DNA from: Proteromonas lacertae
Lineage: Eukaryota
Assembly (NCBI GenBank): GCA_002245135.1
Contig: NGBS01001161.1
Location: forward strand, 1 to 64,000
Reading direction: 5' to 3'
DNA: 64,000 nt
Shown piece by piece: positions 1 through 11,531 of the stretch. The translations under genes were made by a program, and so were the position numbers. Within the stretch, counting starts at the first letter, position 1. Each line of letters begins with the position of its first letter. The notes under the pieces were generated by a model, which saw only the letters and a program-made list of their open reading frames with translations, was not told the origin of the DNA and searched no databases.

Positions 1-489
1 TTCATGCGATTTGAATACATACTTTATCTTATAGTCTAAATCTAACTTATTCTTTCTATTAATACTTATAACATGGCAGGATCAATTAGTTCATTTGGTA
101 GTATTATATCATCTTTAATATAAGGAAATCTTCTCAAAAATCCTTCATTTATAACATTGAGGATTTCATCCTCTGAATAGTATCCTAAAGGAATACGAAT
201 ATTATTATCATATGATATAGTTTGTAAAGGATCTATTTTTCCTGAATCTGGATCTATTTGTAATTCTTCTCCGTGTATATGGATTTTAAAGTAGTTATTA
301 ATGTCGAGTTGGATTGTTGGAAATGTTACTAATCGATGCAGACAATAATGTAATATTACGGTATCGTTCATCAACGCTGGGAACACGTATGGTTCTATGG
401 TATTCATCATGAGGAAGTTTGGGATCATAATCTTTTGTATTTACTATAAGCTTACGTTCAATATTATTAAAATCTTTCTTCTTTTGCAT
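1..489 (-). pseudogene. Minor capsid (penton, single jelly-roll)-like gene, frameshifted, runs off left edge
   Basis: Joining ORFs 298..489 and 66..428 across a frameshift gives KLIVNTKDY..YRNITLLSASISN(I)FPTIQLDINNYFKI..NNIRIPLGYYSEDEILNVI, the pattern of Polinton/PLV/virophage penton N-termini. A second shift near 70 continues as VISINRKNKLDLDYK. Confidence 0.6.
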
Positions 490-545
490 AATTTAAAGAA
501 ATCTTAAAATAAATTCATTTAACAAATTCTTACTATTTTTGAAAC

Positions 546-3500
546 ATGTACCGTAATAATATAGGACCTCCTAATATGTCGCAATAATGCGATAGATCCT
601 CCAGATCCAAATAATTATCCTCCGGTAAATCAAAATCCTCCAAATATAAATAGTAATTATGAAGCAAAATAATACCGTAATATACCTACTAGTAGATATT
701 TAGCTGTTCAACAACGAATACCTATGGGACCTGGTTTAAGTGATAAAGGAAGATTGTATGAAGTTCCTACTGATAAAAGAACTATATTTTTAAATGCACA
801 TAAAAGACCTTTTGATCCTCGTATTACAATGGGACATTCATCAGTATTCGTAATGACTTTTTGACAGTTATAACTCAAGGTACTATGAACAATAATGATG
901 CTGGAGTTTATCCTATTGATAATGAATTCACACACGTAAATGTTGTGCCAACTACTTTCCAAACAAAAACAAGATTGGCATTTATTCAGAAAAGCAGTAG
1001 AAAAAATAATTATGAGGCAAGCAGATTGTAATTATTGGTTGTTTTACATATATCAAAAATTAGATCATTACAGATTCGATGGTACACAACCAGTAGATGG
1101 TGATAATGCTTATGTTGAGGATTTGAGGATTGGTACTTATGGAAGTGAGTTTTTCAGAAAATTAGATTTTGGATTAGTTTACGATAGATTCTACAGATTT
1201 ATTAATAAAGTATTTGTTCCTACAATTAAATTATGGAAAAAGGATGATTATTTGAATGAAAAAAAGAATGTAGCATGTTATGCTATCCATAATATGATGT
1301 ATATGGTGGTTAGGCATTTAGTAACTATAAGAGAATATTATGAAAGTTTGTTTCCTAATAGAGAGTTAAATCAAAAAAGGCAAAGAAGAGATCCTGCTCA
1401 ATTAAGAATAGATATAGAGAAAACATTAAATAAAAATTTCAATATTCCTAATATTTTAGAATACGGAAGAGCATTAGGAGCAAAATGGAATCAAAACACT
1501 GTTAATGCTCAAGATAATCAAAGAAATAGACAACAGCAATTGATGATCAAGCAAATCATTATGGACAAAATTGGTGGACTCCACATTGGTGGACAAATAT
1601 GAATAATGCTCAACAAAATATTCCTAATAATAACAATAGAGATGCTCGATATGTTCCAGCTACAACAAAGGAAAAATTACATTATCTTAAATACAAACTT
1701 TTATCCTTTGCTAGGAAATTTCTTTTATGTAAACTTATATTTGCTCAAGATCAAAATGAATTAACTACATTAGCTATGCATGCTTTAGTAAAAACAGAAG
1801 TAGGAATGATAGTGTATATTACAAAGATGATAAGTAATTTAGATATATCTGTAAATCAAGTTCCAGGAAGGAGAGTAGCAAATCCTATAGATATTCCTAA
1901 TTTCAGTTTAGATTATGAATTTGATGATAGAGTGTATAGAAGATATCCACACAGATTATACGGATCTATGAGAGTAACTGATAAAGCTATTAATGATAAT
2001 CCTCATAATTATCCTAAACCAAGAATATATATTGGAAATCCTTTAGATTGGCCTACTTTTGGAACTACACGAAATCCATCCCCAACTTATAGAGGAGCCT
2101 GGTATTGGTATCCTACAGTTCCTAGATATGTGGATGCTCAATTAGGAGGTAGAGAATATATTTCTATGCCTGGCAAATTACATCCAAATCCATAGAGAAG
2201 AGGTCCAGAGGAAAATTATAGAGGATATAGAGGAAATATAGAAAATCAGAATAAAGTGATGCCTTATATGAGACGTCCTGATTGGAATTATCCTAATCAT
2301 ACTGAAATTCAACAAAAGACTGCACCTTATTGGGAAAATAAGATATTCTTTAATCGAAATAATAATATTCAAGGACCTACTAGAAATGATGATAAATGGA
2401 AACAACCAGGTGCTGATGCAGCTGTTCCAGGACATCAAGAGCATATGGAGATCCTGTATTTAAGAATTTAGATGAAAATGGGAATATTCGAGGTAAATTT
2501 GGTCCTTTGGAAGGTCCTTTAGATTATAAAGAATATGGTAATCCTATTAGCGCTGAAATGATATCAGCTATGGGAAATCAACGTGCTAGATATACTTGGC
2601 AAAATTTACCTGCAAATAGACAAGGAAGTTGGGGTAGTGGACAATGGTATTGTCCTCATTTACAAGATGGAGATGGTAGATATTATAGATATGTTCCAGA
2701 TATATTAAAAATAGAAGATTGGACTCACGACAGATATCCTAATGCTCGTTTTTAATGCTTTATTTAAGTATATGAGATTACCTTATATTCCCGAAGATCA
2801 TCCAATATTTGAAATGCTGCCAGGTATAGATCCTGCAAATGATCCTCAATGGACTATAATTGATGTAAATGTTCCACCAAATATGAATCAAAGAGAATGG
2901 CCGTATATATGGAGAAGAAAATTAGGAGTAAATAGAATGTATTTACCACCTCCAGGATGGTTACCAAAAGGTATTACTGAACATCAATTACAAAATATGT
3001 ACTACGATGTATTCTTAAATAAGTATAAAAATATGAATCAAGCAGATAAACTTGAATGGGGAACATACATAGGAACTCATCGTCCTATAGAAAGAATAGC
3101 AAGAGGATATTATGGAGGTGCAAGACAACCAAATGAAATGAATAGAGAGACAATTACTGTTAATAATGAATATTTGCAAAATATATTTGGAGATTATCAA
3201 ATTAATCCAGAAGAGAATAGAATGACATTAGATAAAAATGAAGCATCAAATTTAAATGCAGAGGAAATAGTTAAAGTGGATCAAGATATTACAAATGATG
3301 CAAGTAAAAATTGGCAACCACAAGAAGCTCATTATACTAAAGAATTGGATAAGAGTGAAATGATGAAAACAGCAGCTCAAAAAACAGATGAAGATTTTAG
3401 AAGTGCTTTAGATAATAATAATAGTAATCCTCCTCCTCCAGAAGAACAAGCTCCTACACCTCCACCTCCTCCTGTACAAGAAGAGGATGATGAGGATATA

Positions 3501-3779
3501 ACTCCTATTAAAGTAAAAAAAGGAAGAAGTGATGTTAATGAAGAAGATGAAGAAGAAAGGAAGAAAAGAAGAATAGTATATAATGATGAAGGCGATGTTG
3601 TTCAAGAGGATGATGATGATCAAATGGATGAAGATGATGATTTAGATGATCCTAATATCCGACCTCAAGATGTATTCGCAGAAGAGGATAATAGACAAAA
3701 AAGAAAACGAAGTGAAGCTGTTTTTGATGAGGATGATGTAAATGAAGAACCAATAAAAAGAGTTAAAATAAAACATTAA
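546..3779 (+). pseudogene. Large viral gene (~1000 aa, Asn/Pro/Arg-rich, acidic C-terminus with NLS-like tail) broken into consecutive ORFs
   Basis: Same-strand abutting or overlapping ORFs 940..1602, 1599..2195, 2256..2471, 2507..2755, 2742..3779 with no intergenic gaps. Coding-like sequence starts at ATG 546, with an in-frame TAA near 670 and frameshifts. Confidence 0.55.
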
Positions 3780-3785
3780 TTATTA

Positions 3786-4355
3786 TTATATTTTTCTAAA
3801 CTTGTTGGCTAATAACCTTGCTCTTTCCTCTCCTTTTACTGTATTGAAATTTGTTGCATCAACGAATGATAGGTTATGCAATAAAATATCTCTTAAAAAT
3901 AAAATAGCATGATATCCACAAGTGGACGTTGTTATCCTTTGATTAACAACTCCATTTATTTTCAGCTTATAATCTTGTTGAGGATCTGCTTTAAGATGCT
4001 TGATATACTTAACAAAGGACTTGGTATGTTCTGGCTTTTCTCCAAAACTATCATAATAAAGGAATTGATGTTTATCATTATCAATTACCAAACTCACCCA
4101 ATGACCAATCTTTTCAGGAGGATCCTTCCTCTTCAAAGTGCATATTATTACTCCCCACTTATTCAAATCCAGTTTAGGAATACTCTTGATTTCATCCCAT
4201 AAAAATACTCCCCCAAATCTACTTAACATTTCAGGAAAGTTTGATTTTATTACTTTAGGAATATCATAGTTAGATAAAGCCATGTCATATGGTTTCTTGG
4301 ATTTTTCACCATGCCCATATACTCTGTTATTAGTAAAGCATAAACGTAGTTTCAT
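3786..4355 (-). CDS. Adenain-like (clan CE) viral maturation cysteine protease
   Basis: GHWVSLVID, YYDSFG and NQRITTSTCGYH supply His/Asp/Gln/Cys in adenovirus/Polinton protease order; intact 189-aa ORF. Confidence 0.88.
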   Translation of the reverse strand: MKLRLCFTNNRVYGHGEKSKKPYDMALSNYDIPKVIKSNFPEMLSRFGGVFLWDEIKSIPKLDLNKWGVIICTLKRKDPPEKIGHWVSLVIDNDKHQFLYYDSFGEKPEHTKSFVKYIKHLKADPQQDYKLKINGVVNQRITTSTCGYHAILFLRDILLHNLSFVDATNFNTVKGEERARLLANKFRKI

Positions 4356-4429
4356 CCTAAAATTGCAAGAAAATGAGAAATGAATTCATTTTTAATTTTC
4401 TATTCATATTTGAAAACAACCAATCACAT

Positions 4430-4829
4430 ATGAGTGTTTTAGGTGGGCGTAAACGATCGTTATCGAAGAGGTAAATCCGTTTCAAGAAGAAGAAGAGGAC
4501 GAAGAGGAAGATCAAGTGGAAGGTACAAGTTTGGCTTGATGGGTAAACTTATAAGACATGAAGTACCGAATACAATGTTTCGAGGATTGAAGAAAGGAAG
4601 AGGAAAAGTAACTGAAGTTGCAAGCAAAGCTTTAGATATCATGAAGGTATTAGGGTTAGGAAAAGTAAGAGGAGGAATAAGATTTGGTGTAAATGGAGGT
4701 AGAAGACGTAGAAGAAGAGGCAGTCGAGCAAGAAGACATAGACATCGTACATACTGTATAAAAGGAGGAGCACATACAAGTATTCCTATGAAATTAAATA
4801 ATGTCCTTTTAAGTAAAATCTCATCTTAA
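4430..4829 (+). CDS. Arg-rich DNA-condensing core protein precursor (pVII/pX-like); one frameshift near 4460-4470
   Basis: ATG 4430 reads MSVLGGRKRS, then shifts into ORF 4443..4829. Poly-Arg tracts are separated by hydrophobic-X-GG sites; divergent from the protease. Confidence 0.65.
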
Positions 4830-4869
4830 ATTTTTATTATTATTTTTATTTTTGTTTTTCTATATAAAA

Positions 4870-5373
4870 ATGAATCCATATTACAATAACAATAGAAATC
4901 AATCATATTATCAGAATTACGATGATGGATTTTATGATGATTATTACGATGATGATGACTATTTATCTAAAAGTGCTCAAATAGACTTACAAATACTAAG
5001 TCAATTACAAGGATTGAACAGTGCATTTCAAACAGCATCTACTGCTCCTAGGAGAAAGCTTACATCAGAACAATATAAGAATAGGATTAAAAGTTTGGAA
5101 AAAGCTCGAAAAGCAAAAAAGGAAAAAACTAAAAAAACTGCTCCCAAAAAGAAAGTTGTAGAAGTAAGTTCAAGTGAGGATGAGGATGAGGAATCTAAAA
5201 AGTCAGTAGAGAGTGAAGGATCAGATGAAGAGGAAATTACAGAAAAGAAATCCTCTGATAAAAGCAAATTAAAGGATCCTCCAAAGAATGCTCCAATTGG
5301 TGAAGCCAAAGTAGAAAAAATTAACGGAATTATTATAGATCCTAGTAAGGAAGCATTTGCTCCATTTTATTAA
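4870..5373 (+). CDS. Viral hypothetical protein (Tyr/Asp-rich N-terminus, Lys-rich and acidic low-complexity)
   Basis: Open ORF with ATG in TATATAAAAATG context. Confidence 0.65.
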   Translation: MNPYYNNNRNQSYYQNYDDGFYDDYYDDDDYLSKSAQIDLQILSQLQGLNSAFQTASTAPRRKLTSEQYKNRIKSLEKARKAKKEKTKKTAPKKKVVEVSSSEDEDEESKKSVESEGSDEEEITEKKSSDKSKLKDPPKNAPIGEAKVEKINGIIIDPSKEAFAPFY

Positions 5374-5413
5374 AATTTATATTTTTAATTCATTTTTGTT
5401 TTTCTTGGGTAAT

Positions 5414-6716
5414 ATGAAAAAATCAAATATTATTAACAAATTGATCACTGAATTGGCAAACAGAGTATCTTCTAGGATAGGCAAGAGATCTCATAAAAGA
5501 AAATACAAAAGAAAAATAAATAAAAGTTTCAAGAGATTAGCATATGATATGGATGCTCCTGAATTAGTATACAATGTTAACCAATCTAGATTGGATCATT
5601 TACAAGGAATGCAATTCGATAGCCAATTACAGAAAATAAATGAACTGAAAAACAACTTAATAGATATTAATAAAAAAATAACTGACTATGAAGGAATGGA
5701 ATCTCTACCAATTAATGAGGAAAACAAAGATGAAATTTTCAAAAGAGAACAAGAAATGATAAAATTAAATTTAGGAAAACAAAGATTAGAAAATCAATTG
5801 AAGATGATGAAAGGAGGATTTATGTTTGGAGCTTCTGATCCTCTAACAAGAAGTGTTCCATATGGAAGGACAGGAAGTATAAGAGATTCTTTATTACCAA
5901 GAATGTATGATCCTAAATCAATTCCTACAGGAGGATTAAATTATGATCCTTTAAAAGATGGCGTTGGAGATGCAGATATAAGTAATTTTTTAAAAAGTAA
6001 TTTTTAATTCTTATTATATTTTGTTTATAGGTTTGAATGAAAGAAATGAGGACAATTCTCGAAATATTAAGATTAATAAACTTATAGTTGAAAATCCTTA
6101 TCCCTCTATCAATATTGTTCCTCCAGAAAGACCTCTTACAGTTCAACAAACACCTACTTTTACAACTTTAGGAAGAACAACAGAAACTCCTATATCCTCT
6201 TTTGTTAATGAAAGAAAATTATCGGAAATGTATATTGAACCAAAGAATTATTTTCCATCAAAAACTTCAGGGTATGCTCAAACAGATGAACCTCAGTTGT
6301 TAAAACACTGGGTTAATCCTTCAGTTAATTTACCGCCTCCTGAAAGATCATTTAGTACAGAGGAAACTAATACAAATCCTCCTCCTGAATATAAAGATGC
6401 ACAAACAGATGTGTATAAACCATTTCCTCCACCTCCTCCAGAAACTAAAACTGCAAGTACTATGTTTGATCCTCCACCTTTTCAACCAAAATGGAGTATT
6501 ATGAATCGTCCTATAAAAAATTACATTACTCCAGATGATCCTTATTATGAAAATTATATTGCACAAATGAATAGACAAGCAACATATAATCATGCTGTAT
6601 TAGATCATCCTAGATATATGACACCAGAACAAAGAGCAAAATATAGTATACCTGATATCAATGAGATGGGACAAAGATATGATAATTTTAGAAAAGAAAA
6701 TTCTCATTATTTTTAA
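5414..6716 (+). CDS. Viral hypothetical protein, two exons (basic N-terminus, coiled coil, MKGG site, Pro-rich C-terminus)
   Basis: A GT-AG intron 5982(or 5997)-6030 joins ORF 5357..6007 in frame to ORF 6021..6716. Confidence 0.6.
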
Positions 6717-6838
6717 AATACATCAAAATACAAAATCCAGATTTTCCGTTGTTAACCAATCAAATGTTAGCAATTAAAATTTAAGTATTGTATAACTGAT
6801 ATTTTATTTTCAATTTTCTTGTTGGTTTTTAAGAAAAA

Positions 6839-7114
6839 ATGTATTCAGATTTACATCTTGATTATCCTAATACTCAATTGAGGATGGCATCATTGAAGGA
6901 ATTAGAAAAAGGAGTATATACTATTGTTATAGCGGACAACATGGAGGAAAGATTAAAGAATTGGAAGATTCGCATTTATTACGGTTGTAGCGATATTCAT
7001 TTCAATTTTCTATACCATGGAAATGAAATAGAATTATCAGTACCTACCAAAACTGAACCGAAAGTAGAAGGACCAGTTTCTGAAGATCAAATAATAATGA
7101 GGCATTTATTCTAA
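6839..7114 (+). CDS. Viral hypothetical protein, 91 aa
   Basis: Globular-looking ORF, AAAAAATG start, preceded by the shared intergenic motif. Confidence 0.6.
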   Translation: MYSDLHLDYPNTQLRMASLKELEKGVYTIVIADNMEERLKNWKIRIYYGCSDIHFNFLYHGNEIELSVPTKTEPKVEGPVSEDQIIMRHLF

Positions 7115-7185
7115 AAAGGATTTTGATCTTATTTGTGTTTATTTTCTTGGGTTTATTTCATTTTCATTTTTCTTTCTATTTTCTT

Positions 7186-7590
7186 ATGAAACAGGATAAT
7201 CTTGACTATATTGATTTTGGGTTGTTTGAAAATATAAATAAGAGGAAATGGTGGGATATGGAGGAAATTTCTATATCTCATGAATATAGTAAGTTAGATG
7301 AATATTATGAGGATTATAAGTTATGTGTGGAGGAATATAAAGATTATTTACAATATGTTAAAAAGAAGAAAAACAAGAAGAAGGAAGAAAATATTCCTCA
7401 ATCATTAGAGAGACTCCAAATGAGCATTGAGGATAGTCGATCCTCCTATCAAAGGAAACATGCGGAAATTGCAGGAAAGGATTTGGAAGATAAGGAACAT
7501 ATCGATTATCTGCTTGATTTTAGATTACGACAAAGAAAAGGAAGAAGAAAGGAAAAATGTAAAGAAAAGGAAAACAATTTGATTGGTTAA
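7186..7590 (+). CDS. Viral hypothetical charged/helical protein
   Basis: First ATG of ORF 7123..7590; co-oriented in the gene array. Confidence 0.55.
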   Translation: MKQDNLDYIDFGLFENINKRKWWDMEEISISHEYSKLDEYYEDYKLCVEEYKDYLQYVKKKKNKKKEENIPQSLERLQMSIEDSRSSYQRKHAEIAGKDLEDKEHIDYLLDFRLRQRKGRRKEKCKEKENNLIG

Positions 7591-7678
7591 TTAGAATTTT
7601 ACTAATTTCTTGATTTTATTTTAATTAAGTATTTTCTAAAACTTTTTGAAAACTTATCATAAATTTAAAAATCAAAAA

Positions 7679-8407
7679 ATGAATTCCGATTTGCAAGATG
7701 ATATGAACATAAGTTCATTTCCTAGTTCACCAAAGGTTGCTCCTCCTCCACTCATTATTCCTCAATTAGATGAATCTAAGGTACTTACAAAAGAGAATTT
7801 TGATAACTTTATTTTTAGCAACTCTCATTTTTGGGATATTATGGTGAATCATACAAGAAGTATGACAGAGATCCTTTTAAGAAATCTAATTGATGGATTA
7901 AGCTTATACAGGATAGCAAATGCAAGACAAGAGGATTTTATTGATTTCCTCACTGCTTGGAAATCAAAAATTCCTTTATCAGATTTTAAAATAGGAATTA
8001 ATCCTATCGAACCATTTGCAGATGATGATGAAGAGGAAGAAGATGATAAAGTCATTCCTATTCCTAAAAAGAAGAAGGAATCAGCTCCAGTACCAGAAGG
8101 ATCACAAAAGTGTTCTACATGCAACAAAATCCTTCCTTTGGAAAACTTTGCAACAAAGCCAAACGGTGACAAAAACAAAAGTTGTGAAAGATGTCGTTTA
8201 AAAAAGAAGGAGTATTATGATAAACAAAGACAACAAAAGAAACAAAGAAATGTTAAAGAGGAAGATTCAAGTAGTGGAAAAGTAAAAGTTGAATTATGTC
8301 CTAAACCAGCTCCAAAGAAAAGAAAGATTGATGTTGTCATTCCCTCTGCAATGGATGAGGATCCTGATGATGATGAGGAAATAGATAGTGAGGAAATGGA
8401 AATATAA
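7679..8407 (+). CDS. Viral C4 zinc-finger protein with NLS and acidic tail
   Basis: CSTC-x20-CERC zinc ribbon followed by a basic helix, PKKRK NLS-like motif and acidic C-terminus. Confidence 0.7.
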   Translation: MNSDLQDDMNISSFPSSPKVAPPPLIIPQLDESKVLTKENFDNFIFSNSHFWDIMVNHTRSMTEILLRNLIDGLSLYRIANARQEDFIDFLTAWKSKIPLSDFKIGINPIEPFADDDEEEEDDKVIPIPKKKKESAPVPEGSQKCSTCNKILPLENFATKPNGDKNKSCERCRLKKKEYYDKQRQQKKQRNVKEEDSSSGKVKVELCPKPAPKKRKIDVVIPSAMDEDPDDDEEIDSEEMEI

Positions 8408-8470
8408 ATTCTAATATTAATCTTTATTTTCATATTTCTTGTTGTTTTTGGAATATATATTTATATAAAA

Positions 8471-8875
8471 ATGCCTAGATATAGAATTAATACTTTTTCA
8501 TTAAAAGCAAATAATGTTGGACCTGTAGTTTGCAAATTATACAGGTATATGGTAATAGATAGAGGAAATACATATCAGCTTATATGGTATATCAAATTTA
8601 ATCCTCAAGTATTACAGAATATTATTATGGGTGGAGATAGATGGATTCATGTAGTACCATATCGTACTAGCGATGTTAATGATGAACCAGAATTATGGTT
8701 TATTGGAACCGGAATGAGATCTATGCAACTTGATTTACCTGAATTAATCTTTAATCCAACTCCTAATCCTCCAATTTTGCTTCGTGGAAATCTTAACGTA
8801 AGACAAAGAAGATATTTACAGCTTCATTTATTATATGATCCTTTAGATGAAGATGATGATGATGATGATGAATAA
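8471..8875 (+). CDS. Viral hypothetical beta-rich protein with poly-Asp tail
   Basis: 134-aa ORF, TATATAAAAATG start context. Confidence 0.65.
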   Translation: MPRYRINTFSLKANNVGPVVCKLYRYMVIDRGNTYQLIWYIKFNPQVLQNIIMGGDRWIHVVPYRTSDVNDEPELWFIGTGMRSMQLDLPELIFNPTPNPPILLRGNLNVRQRRYLQLHLLYDPLDEDDDDDDE

Positions 8876-8941
8876 AACAATAATTAATTTCATTTTTAAT
8901 TTTCTTGTTGTTTTTGTATATTATACTCTCATAATTACAAA

Positions 8942-9271
8942 ATGTTATCAAAAAATAATGAGACTGTCTTAGAGACAAATGTTGAGGAAATCAAGGAAAG
9001 TATAGGAATCCTCTTAGTATATGTCATCCTTTGGGTTGTAACAGAAGTCATCAAAATTGTGTATTATACTTATAAAGCATACTGTCCTCCTAAAGTCATT
9101 GAAGTTGTGGAGGAAATTCAACATAATTTAGGAAGTGCAAATAAAAAAGAGGATGATGAGGAAGAGGATATTATTGAAGAAAATGAAGAATTATCCTCTA
9201 TAAACAGAACATATAGAACAAGTAGTGGAAGATTACACTATCCTCCATCAAAATTCTCTGATACAATTTAG
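8942..9271 (+). CDS. Small single-pass membrane protein (viral)
   Basis: Hydrophobic segment IGILLVYVILWVVTEVIKIVYY, then an acidic tail. Confidence 0.6.
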   Translation: MLSKNNETVLETNVEEIKESIGILLVYVILWVVTEVIKIVYYTYKAYCPPKVIEVVEEIQHNLGSANKKEDDEEEDIIEENEELSSINRTYRTSSGRLHYPPSKFSDTI

Positions 9272-9357
9272 AGGATATTATTGAATATTTTAAATCATTA
9301 ATAACATATTTTTTCTAAGTTCCTATTTTTGGGTTATTAAAAAATCCTCTATTTTTA

Positions 9358-9441
9358 TAAAAAGTAACGGTTTTGATGACGCACTTAAATCCTCCAATCA
9401 TAATCGACCGTTACTTTTTAAGTAAATTTGCCGTTACTTTT
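9358..9441. promoter_or_regulatory. 14-bp perfect inverted repeat plus third half-site
   Basis: TAAAAAGTAACGGT (9358-9371) / ACCGTTACTTTTTA (9407-9420), extra CCGTTACTTTT at 9431-9441. Confidence 0.6.
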
Positions 9442-9488
9442 CATTCGGAGTTTTCCTGCCATTTTTTATGGTTAGAAATTATATAAAA

Positions 9489-10989
9489 ATGAGTATAAAT
9501 ACTGCTGAAATTTTAAAGTTAACAGTTGCTACAGCTGATGCAACTAAGTATAGATTCATTTATAATATAATGCAGGACTTTTGCAAAGTTCCTAGGAAGT
9601 AAACCATTCTATCCTAGTGAAAAATGGAGCAAGGAGGATGATGCTGTTGTGAGAGGATTATACTCTCAACTTGGTGCATTTATTAATCAACTAAATGACA
9701 ATCCTGCTGGAGTATATTTTGTATGTATTATACTTGCAATAGACTTGGAAACATTATGAAATGGAGGAAAAGAAGGAAATGGAGGAAAAGGAGGAAAGTG
9801 AAAAAGAGGAAAAAGAGGAAAAGGAAGAAATGGAGGAAAAGGAGGAAAGTCAGAAAAATCCTGAGGTATATTTGATTATTTATATATATATATATATACA
9901 TAGAAATGGATGCTTGAAAAAGAGGAATTCCTCAAAGAACTTAAAGAAATCAAGGATGAAGATCTTGAAGAAAGTGATAAAGAGGATAAAAATGAAAAAG
10001 ATTGCTGTGTAGTAAAAGGCAAAAATAATGAAGGAGGTGTAGGAAATCCTGATAATATAACTCGTGAAAAATACTTAGAAAAAGTAAAGGAAATAAGGTC
10101 ACAAATGAATGAAAAGGAAAAAAAACAAAGTTTGGATATTATGAAAAAACATGAACAAGCAAGAAATAGAGTTCAACGTTATAAAGAATGGGAAGAAAAA
10201 CATACATCTATTATTGAACCTGATGATGATTTTGAAGATCCTCCACCTCCAGAGCTTCCTCCAAAACCGAAATCAGATCCTATTAAAGAGGTGTTACAAA
10301 AAACATCAATATTGAATAAGTTTAATGTCAAAAAGATATCTAAATCCTCTCCTGAATCAATTCCTCCGAAGGATATTAGCAAATTGAAGAAAGTTAAAGA
10401 TGTTACAAAAGAAATCGAAAAAGAGGATAATCCTCAGATTATAGTATCAGAAAGTGATACAGATTCAGATGATGAAAAAGTAATTGTAGCAAAGAAGAGA
10501 AAAATTAATCCTCAGAATATAGATATTATGAAGCAAAAGCAAAGAAAAGTAAATACTCTAGATACATCCAAAAATTATACAGATGCTGACCTATTCGATA
10601 TGATCCTCCAAAAAAAGTATCCTATACAGGAATGGTACAACCATGGATTATTAGTCAAATATATAAATATTATTGGTATTAATACTTGCAAATACTTAAA
10701 GAATGAATTATTAAAATATAAAAAGAATCAGATGAACAAGGCTTATAAAAAGTCAGATAGAATGGACGAAATATTAAAAGAAATGAGCAAGTATAAAGAG
10801 CAGTATAAATCAACTGATATAAAGCAGTTTCCTGATAAAGAAAGCTACAAAAAGCAGTATAATGACTTAAAGAAAGCTAAAGATGATTATGAGGATGAGA
10901 TTGATGAAATACAGAAAGATGTAGAGAAAGTCAAAGAAGGTTTAAAGCCAGTGGAACAAAGGATCAAAGATCTGGAAAAAGCACATTAA
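9489..10989 (+). CDS. Four-exon charged coiled-coil protein in the viral element
   Basis: GT-AG introns 9548-9575, 9712-9742 and 9866-9903 give one continuous frame from ATG 9489 (or 9468) into ORF 9910..10989. Confidence 0.7.
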
Positions 10990-11299
10990 TTAAACCCTAA
11001 TAATAATTCCTCATTTTGAAATGACTTTTGTTTGTTTTTCCTCTATACTAAAAAGCATAATTATATTGTTATAAACAATTTCATTTTGTTCTATATTTTT
11101 AATAAATAACATAAAAATAATCAAGCGAAGGAAAAATGAAAAAATAAGATGTCGAAGAACCGACTGCGCCGACATCTGTCGCTGCGAGACCCTATTGACC
11201 CCCCTTCGGGGGGTAGCTCGCCTTCGGCTCGCAGCCGCCTATCGTCGGAACCGCCTAACGACGGAATACACTTAAGTATTATATATACACATATATATA

Positions 11300-11444
11300 T
11301 CAATTTACATATTTTGATGGATATGTTTCTAAACAGAAGTTTGGTATTAATCATATTAGAAGTAGAAATCATCATATCTATACTGCTTATGAAGAAAAGA
11401 TAGGACTTACATATTTTGATGATAAAAGATACTTTGAGGATGAT
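11300..11444 (+). pseudogene. Protein-primed DNA polymerase B C-terminal stub, part 1 (interrupted by transposon)
   Basis: Translates YFDGYVSKQKFGINHIRSRNHHIYTAYEEKIGLTYFDDKRYFEDD, matching the Polinton pPolB tail pattern IRS.NH..YT....K..L...DDKR. Confidence 0.8.
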
Positions 11445-11531
11445 TGTTGTTCCCCGTATGGCGGAAATCTATATTGCAGAATGATTCAATCAAAACTAAT
11501 ATGATATTCATGATGTTCGGAGTTAGTTATT
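11445..11531 (+). repeat. Left terminal inverted repeat of Ginger-type element
   Basis: Reverse complement of 17364-17467 apart from two mismatches and one extra 17-bp unit on the right. Confidence 0.92.

Noticed and set aside
11121..11403. ORFs 11121..11375(-) and 11149..11403(+)
   Set aside because: By-products of the GC island; the meaningful frame is the pPolB stub.
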